Shown piece by piece: positions 27,147 through 32,149 of a stretch of 32,149 nt of DNA. The stretch is from Phycisphaeraceae bacterium (GTDB lineage Bacteria; Planctomycetota; Phycisphaerae; Phycisphaerales; Phycisphaeraceae), in NCBI GenBank assembly GCA_002716625.1, contig PBAS01000083.1, positions 1-32,149 of the forward strand, read 5' to 3'. Made by a program: the position numbers and the translations under genes. How positions within the stretch are numbered: position 1 is the stretch's first letter; every line of letters starts with the position of its first letter. The notes beneath the pieces are model-generated. The model had not been told where the DNA came from. It did no database searches and worked only from the letters and a program-made list of their open reading frames with translations.

Positions 27147-27971
27147 TTGGGTCGCCCATCCAGTTCAACACAACGTCAAGTCACACGGTACATATCCGAT
27201 ACCTGCCAGCACGACGACGACCGCCTTGCCGTCGAGGAACCACTGGAGATTCGCATCGGAACTGAACCGCTGGCCATTACAATGCGAACACCAGGTCACG
27301 ATATTGATTTGGCGGCTGGATTCTGTTTGACGGAAGGCATTGTTGAAGATGGCTCAGAATTGGAGTCCGTTGAACCGTGTATGCTGACAGACTACGGAAA
27401 TATCGTGGTGGTCACACTTACGGAAGAGACTACGGTAAGACGCCGAAAACAGATTGAAGGCAGTCGCCGAGAAATGTATTTATCCAGTTCATGCGGTCTG
27501 TGTGGCAAGCAATCAATTGACCGTGTGGAAAAAGCGATCCGGCCAATTCGCGGGCAGTTCACCATCTCACGCAGGATATTAGCTTCAATGCCGGATCGTA
27601 TGAGTGACTCCCAAGCGACATTTGCCCAGACAGGGGGCTTGCATGCAGCCGCTCTTTTCGACCCCGCAGATTGCAAACTAAAAGTGATCCGAGAAGACGT
27701 CGGACGTCATAATGCGGTCGACAAGGTCATCGGCCATCAGACTCTGCTCGGACGGCTGCCGATTGATCCACGAATTCTGATGGTTTCAGGACGGTCAAGC
27801 TTCGAGATCATGCAGAAGGCGGCCGTTGCGGGGATTGCCATGGTTGCCGCCGTCAGCGCACCGAGCAGTCTAGCGGTCGATTTTGCCATCCAAACCGGCA
27901 TGACACTTGTCGGGTTCCTTCGCCCAGGCCGAATGAATGTGTATCATGACGTCAATCGTATCGTTGATTGA
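27147..27971 (+). CDS. fdhD: Formate dehydrogenase accessory sulfurtransferase FdhD.
   Basis: 274 aa. LAVEEPLEIRIGTEPLAITMRTPGHDIDLAAGFCLTEG and the catalytic SSCGLCG loop. It sits immediately downstream of fdsA. Confidence 0.85.
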   Translation: MGRPSSSTQRQVTRYISDTCQHDDDRLAVEEPLEIRIGTEPLAITMRTPGHDIDLAAGFCLTEGIVEDGSELESVEPCMLTDYGNIVVVTLTEETTVRRRKQIEGSRREMYLSSSCGLCGKQSIDRVEKAIRPIRGQFTISRRILASMPDRMSDSQATFAQTGGLHAAALFDPADCKLKVIREDVGRHNAVDKVIGHQTLLGRLPIDPRILMVSGRSSFEIMQKAAVAGIAMVAAVSAPSSLAVDFAIQTGMTLVGFLRPGRMNVYHDVNRIVD

Positions 27972-28084
27972 TCAGGCGGATAACATAAAATACATACCGG
28001 GTGAGTATCCTAAATTAAACCAACAAGCTAAAACGGCCCATCGTGTCAGGTGGTCTGAATTAAAATAGAAAGGTTAAGTAAACC

Positions 28085-29647
28085 ATGATTTCACTCGCTA
28101 TTGCGCTCATCGGTCTGGTATTGAGCATTGCGATCCTTACAAACCTCCCCAGGGTGGCGAACGCCACGCTCCGCGGCCTGATGATTCTGTCGGCACTGCT
28201 GGTGTTTACTCTATTCTTCTGGGCCAGTTCCTACCGATATGTCGGGGAGGATAGCGTTGGTGTTGTGATCAGAAATATCGGGTCGGCACTACCGGCAGGT
28301 AAGATCATCGCGACAAAGGGGGAAAAAGGACCACAAGCCAAGATTCTTGGCCCCGGGTGGAACCCATTGCTGTGGCCGGGGATTTTCACCATCGAGGTCT
28401 TCCGAGTGGTCGAAATTCGCGAAGGCGAGGTGGGCTTGTTAACCACGACAGATGGCTTGCCCCTGCCACCCGGCGAAATCTATGCGCCCGAATGGGGTCA
28501 AAATAACTTCCAAGAAATGCTCCGCGGTGATCATTTCTTGGCTGATGGCAATGGATACAAAGGACCTCAGGCATCAGTACTCACTCCGGGCAAGTACCGC
28601 ATGAATCCCAAAGTCTTTCGCATTGAAACCGTTCCAGCAACAAACATCGCCAAGGCGACCGTAGGAGTGGTCAAATCTAACATTGGTGATCTCGACCCTG
28701 ATAATCAGATGAAACCCAATGCGTTAGTTGACCGAGGGCAACGTGGTATCTGGCGCCAGCCACTCATGCCACAGATCTATTACATCAACACCAAAGCCCA
28801 TGAAGTGACCGTCATTTCTACAGAAAAGAAGGTGGTTCGATACGCCAAGCAGGGGGCCCGCGGCGAAGAGAAGGAAATTACCGTTCGCTCATCGGATGGA
28901 TTCACTTTCCCGGTGGATGTGCGTGTGGAATACGAGTTGGAACCAGAGAACGCGGCATTAGTTGTCGCCAATTTTGGAGACGATGGTGCGGTATTACTGA
29001 GTCGTCTAAACTCAGCTGTCCGGGCAATTTTCCGAAATAATGCAGAAACCGTAAAGGCCCTTGACTACGTCCAGCAACGATCAACACAGGAATCCCAATC
29101 ATTGGTCATGCTCGCTAACGAAATGACAAAGGTCGGCGTCACCGTCACGGCAGTCCGGATCGGTGATGTCGGCGACGTTGACACGTTGGGGCCGCTGCTA
29201 AAAACACAAACTGATCGGGAAATCGCCATTCAGCAACAAACAACATTTGAAGAGCAACAACGAACAGCAGAACAGCAGAAAGATCTTACCAAGACTCGCC
29301 AGGAAGCGGAAGAAGAAAAACGTCTGGCCACTGCGAGTTACGAGGTGGACATCGCCGTTAAACAAAATGAACGCCAAATTATTGAAGCACAAGCTCAGGC
29401 CGAGGCAATCCGTATTCGTGCCGAAGCGCAAGCCGAAGCATATCGTGTCGTTGCCGAACAGATTGGCCCTGGCAATGCCGCGCTTGTTGAGCTACTCAAG
29501 ATTGTTGGCGAGCGTGGCATTCAGATTACACCACGCGTAATGGTTACCGGGCAGTCCACGGGGACAGGAACAAGCTCTGAAACCACCGCATTAATTGGCA
29601 CTATGCTCGATACCATGGTCTCTCAGACGACAACAAGAAATGAATGA
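28085..29647 (+). CDS. SPFH/band-7 (flotillin-like) membrane protein.
   Basis: Two N-terminal TM helices, then an SPFH domain. A long E/Q/A/R coiled coil follows (EQQRTAEQQKDLTKTRQEAEEEKRLA ... AQAEAIRIRAEAQAEAYRVVAEQ), typical of flotillin/YqiK-type proteins. Confidence 0.85.
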   Translation: MISLAIALIGLVLSIAILTNLPRVANATLRGLMILSALLVFTLFFWASSYRYVGEDSVGVVIRNIGSALPAGKIIATKGEKGPQAKILGPGWNPLLWPGIFTIEVFRVVEIREGEVGLLTTTDGLPLPPGEIYAPEWGQNNFQEMLRGDHFLADGNGYKGPQASVLTPGKYRMNPKVFRIETVPATNIAKATVGVVKSNIGDLDPDNQMKPNALVDRGQRGIWRQPLMPQIYYINTKAHEVTVISTEKKVVRYAKQGARGEEKEITVRSSDGFTFPVDVRVEYELEPENAALVVANFGDDGAVLLSRLNSAVRAIFRNNAETVKALDYVQQRSTQESQSLVMLANEMTKVGVTVTAVRIGDVGDVDTLGPLLKTQTDREIAIQQQTTFEEQQRTAEQQKDLTKTRQEAEEEKRLATASYEVDIAVKQNERQIIEAQAQAEAIRIRAEAQAEAYRVVAEQIGPGNAALVELLKIVGERGIQITPRVMVTGQSTGTGTSSETTALIGTMLDTMVSQTTTRNE

Positions 29648-29660
29648 CAATCGCACGGTC

Positions 29661-29715
29661 TCCAATTGGAAGCAGGGGTTCATACTCATTTTTCATTCGG
29701 TCCACTTGTATACAA
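29661..29715. promoter_or_regulatory. Two perfect 10-bp palindromes (TCCAATTGGA and TTGTATACAA) in the 82-nt spacer upstream of the TIM-barrel gene. Candidate operator sites. The second contains a TACAAT -10-like hexamer.
   Basis: Read directly: TCCAATTGGA at 29661-29670 and TTGTATACAA at 29706-29715. Both are self-complementary. Confidence 0.25.
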
Positions 29716-29729
29716 TTTGAGAGCTCCAT

Positions 29730-30764
29730 ATGCCAAGACCTGTAACTCTCTGCGGTGGACAATGGGCGGATTTACCCTTCCTGACTTTGTGCGAAAAAGC
29801 CGCAAGTTTTGGCTACGATGGAATCGAACTGGTCTGCTGGGGTGATCACTTCGATATTCATCGTGCAGTCAAGGAAAAGGGGTACTGCGAAGAACGCTGG
29901 CAGATACTATTGGATCATGGCCTAACTGCCTATTCAATTTCCAACCACTTGGTTGGCCAGGCCATCTGCGACCAGGTAGACGAGCGTCACCAGGCTATTC
30001 TTCCAGAAGATGTCTGGGGTGATGGTGACCCCAGACAGGTTCAGCAACGCGCAGCACAACACATGATCCATGCCGGGGAAGCCTGCCGTAAGTTTTTTGA
30101 CGCAAAACCTAGCCACGGAAAGACGGATGACTTTCCCGCAGTTGTGAATGGGTTCACAGGATCCAGTATCTGGCACAGCAACTATGCCTTTCCCCCCACC
30201 TCCCAGGACTATTGGGACCAGGGTTTCAAAGACTTTGGCCGTCGATTCAAACCCATTCTTGACATGTTTGAGCAAGTTAATGTGAACTTCGCCCTTGAGG
30301 TTCATCCTACAGAGATCGCATTTGATATTGCCACATCCCAGCGTGCAATTGATGCCGTGGACGGACACAAGCGATTTGGCTTTAACTATGACCCATCACA
30401 TCTAGGCTATCAGGGTGTTGATTACATCCAGTTTCTTTACACCTTCCAAGATCGAATTTACCACGCTCATATGAAAGATGCATGGTGGGGACACGGTGAT
30501 GGGACGGTTGGCATCTTCGGAGGCCACACTGATTTTGGTAACCCACACCGTTATTGGGATTTCCGCTCACTGGGACACGGTGACATAAACTTCGAGGAAA
30601 TTATTGTTGCGCTCAATGATATCAACTATCAGGGGCCATTAAGTGTTGAATGGGAAGATTCGCGTATGGATCGCGAATATGGTGCACGGGAAGCTTGCGA
30701 ATTCATACGCAGTATTGATTTCCCAAGATCAAACATCGCTTTTGATGCCCAATTTGACCGATAG
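29730..30764 (+). CDS. Sugar phosphate isomerase/epimerase (xylose isomerase-like TIM barrel).
   Basis: 344 aa. It resembles xylose isomerase-like TIM-barrel proteins, with a conserved ALEVHP...E and SVEWED acidic metal-ligand pattern, and a GYDGIEL N-terminal block. Confidence 0.7.
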   Translation: MPRPVTLCGGQWADLPFLTLCEKAASFGYDGIELVCWGDHFDIHRAVKEKGYCEERWQILLDHGLTAYSISNHLVGQAICDQVDERHQAILPEDVWGDGDPRQVQQRAAQHMIHAGEACRKFFDAKPSHGKTDDFPAVVNGFTGSSIWHSNYAFPPTSQDYWDQGFKDFGRRFKPILDMFEQVNVNFALEVHPTEIAFDIATSQRAIDAVDGHKRFGFNYDPSHLGYQGVDYIQFLYTFQDRIYHAHMKDAWWGHGDGTVGIFGGHTDFGNPHRYWDFRSLGHGDINFEEIIVALNDINYQGPLSVEWEDSRMDREYGAREACEFIRSIDFPRSNIAFDAQFDR

Positions 30765-30812
30765 CGGTATCACAATCGACTCCAATAACGGTATCACGCT
30801 GGAATAATCAAC

Positions 30813-31322
30813 ATGGATCCCTTCATCATTTGGGCATTCATCCTTTTCACCGTAGCGCTCGTGCTATTCTTTGTCGAGCTATTGGTACCCTCTGGCGGAA
30901 TGGTCGGCGTACTCGCCGGCGCCGCACTTGTCACTGGACTCATCTGCATGTTCCAGTTCAATACCACCAGCGGCTTGCTTGCCCTGATTGCCAGCCTTAT
31001 TGCACTACCATTTCTTGTGGGGTTGGCTATCAAGCTCTGGCCCAACACCCCCATTGCCAGGTTGCTTGCACTGGAAACTAGGCAACAACGTCATATGAGC
31101 CCAGAGGAATCAAAGCAATCTGAAATGACTGAGATAAAAAAACTCATGGGTGCTACTGGACTGGCAATCACAGACCTACGCCCGGTGGGAACCTGCATGA
31201 TCAATGGCCGTCGCACCGAATGCCTGGCCGACGGCGGCATGATCCAGACCGGTAGTCAAGTCCGCGTTGTAGCGGCCAACGGAATGCAAATCAAGGTACG
31301 CATCAACGAAACAGACATCTGA
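30813..31322 (+). CDS. NfeD-family protein, short form (membrane N-terminus plus C-terminal OB-fold).
   Basis: 169 aa. Three N-terminal hydrophobic helices, then a soluble beta-rich C-terminus (GATGLAITDLRPVGTCMINGRRTECLADGGMIQTGSQVRVVAANGMQIKV) typical of NfeD/YuaF OB-fold partners of SPFH proteins. Confidence 0.75.
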   Translation: MDPFIIWAFILFTVALVLFFVELLVPSGGMVGVLAGAALVTGLICMFQFNTTSGLLALIASLIALPFLVGLAIKLWPNTPIARLLALETRQQRHMSPEESKQSEMTEIKKLMGATGLAITDLRPVGTCMINGRRTECLADGGMIQTGSQVRVVAANGMQIKVRINETDI

Positions 31323-31377
31323 GTCGCAATGATCGCACCGAAACTTCCCTTGTCCCAATGACCAACAATGAGAATAG

Positions 31378-31665
31378 TTATTGTGATGATAACGCTTCAA
31401 TGCGATCTTCAGCCGAATCAATGGTGGTTATACGCACTCCAAAATTCTCACCGACCTTTACTGCAACACCACTGCCAACCGGCTTGTTATTGACCAACAG
31501 ATCTAAATGATCTTCTGCTGAACGATCCAGTTCAATGATGGCACCGGGTCCAAATGACATCACATCATCTAAAGCCAACTTGCGTCGTCCAACTTGGACA
31601 ATAATCGGAACCTCAAGTTGCAAGATAGTTTGGAGATCTGTCGCCATATCATATGTTATCGGCAC
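31378..31665 (-). CDS. fliN: Flagellar motor switch / type III secretion SpoA-domain protein (FliN-like).
   Basis: LEVPIIVQVGRRKLALDDVMSFGPGAIIELDRSAEDHLDLLVNNKPVGSGVAVKVGENFGVRITTI aligns block by block with the FliN C-terminal SpoA domain (VELGRT...L..G.V..LD......V.L.VNG...A.GE.V.V....GVRIT). The start is GTG at 31665 or ATG at 31647. Confidence 0.75.
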   Translation of the reverse strand: MPITYDMATDLQTILQLEVPIIVQVGRRKLALDDVMSFGPGAIIELDRSAEDHLDLLVNNKPVGSGVAVKVGENFGVRITTIDSAEDRIEALSSQ

Positions 31666-31698
31666 AATAATCCGAAGCGCTGCAGCATATGATCAGGA

Positions 31699-32149
31699 TT
31701 AATTGCCGTCGTTGGCAAATGTTTGTTCGGCCAGCTTGATCGCCGTGGCCAAGGCCGCAGCCTTATTCACCGTCTCCTCATGTTCGGCGTCTGGATCACT
31801 ATCAGCAACAATCCCTGCACCGGCTTGCACATGAACCCGCCATGCACCGTCGGATCCTTTAATGGGCATCACGACCATTGTCCGAAGTGCAATTGCCATG
31901 TCCATATTACCCGCAAAATCAGCATATCCTACGGCCCCGGCATAGGGACCGCGCCTAGATACCTCCAGTTCATCAATCACCTGCATCGCTCGCACCTTGG
32001 GCGCACCGCTGACGGTGCCAACCGGCAATGTGACCCGAAGTGCATCCCAACAGTTCAATCCATCTCGCAAGGTCCCGACCACTTGGGAACTGATGTGCAT
32101 CACATGACTGTACCGCTCCACGGTCATAACATCTGACAGTTCAATCGAA
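31699..32149 (-). CDS. trpE: Anthranilate synthase component I (or related chorismate-utilising enzyme), C-terminal part. The gene runs off the window edge.
   Basis: Chorismate-binding C-terminal blocks: [46 protein letters not shown] and [27 protein letters not shown]. The reading frame stays open to position 32149, so the 5' end is missing. Confidence 0.8.
   Translation of the reverse strand, partial: SIELSDVMTVERYSHVMHISSQVVGTLRDGLNCWDALRVTLPVGTVSGAPKVRAMQVIDELEVSRRGPYAGAVGYADFAGNMDMAIALRTMVVMPIKGSDGAWRVHVQAGAGIVADSDPDAEHEETVNKAAALATAIKLAEQTFANDGN

Noticed and set aside
1-32149. A search for tRNA, rRNA or CRISPR arrays, and for transposase or integrase genes.
   Set aside because: There are no GTTCGAATC-type T-arm contexts in intergenic DNA, no regularly spaced direct repeats, and no DDE or tyrosine-recombinase-like ORFs. 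None were called.

Overview
The window is about 32 kb and roughly 50-52% GC by eye. It is densely coded on both strands, with about 34 protein genes and no rRNA or tRNA, CRISPR, transposase or integrase that I can see.

Left third, plus strand: conserved housekeeping genes map-infA-rpmJ-rpsM-rpsK-rpoA-rplQ, the tail of the ribosomal alpha operon. rpmJ is only 37 aa and absent from the ORF track. rpsD is notably missing between rpsK and rpoA. Then holA, a lipoprotein with homopolymeric C tracts, pyrR-pyrB-gmk, and an unusual GmhB-like HAD domain with degenerate catalytic motifs fused to a low-complexity linker and a C-terminal membrane anchor.

Middle: a minus-strand SDR plus Gfo/Idh/MocA oxidoreductase pair, a gluQ-DUF192-PP2C phosphatase gene string, and purN. 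A compositionally foreign, GC-rich BNR/Asp-box (sialidase-like) gene is preceded by an AT-rich spacer and followed by a truncated copy of its own 5' end. An hsp20-lon-sppA proteostasis operon follows.

Right third: folE2, a small glutaredoxin-like protein, and an NAD-dependent formate dehydrogenase operon (fdsB with a fused NuoE-like gamma domain, Cys-type fdsA, fdhD). Then a flotillin-like SPFH protein and an NfeD partner split by a TIM-barrel sugar-phosphate isomerase gene, an orphan fliN-like gene, and the 3' end of trpE running off the window.

I see no clear defense island or mobile element. The most unusual items are listed as findings with honest uncertainty. The taxon guess is a Planctomycetota-like genome, which is low-confidence inference from L17 and linker features and gene content.
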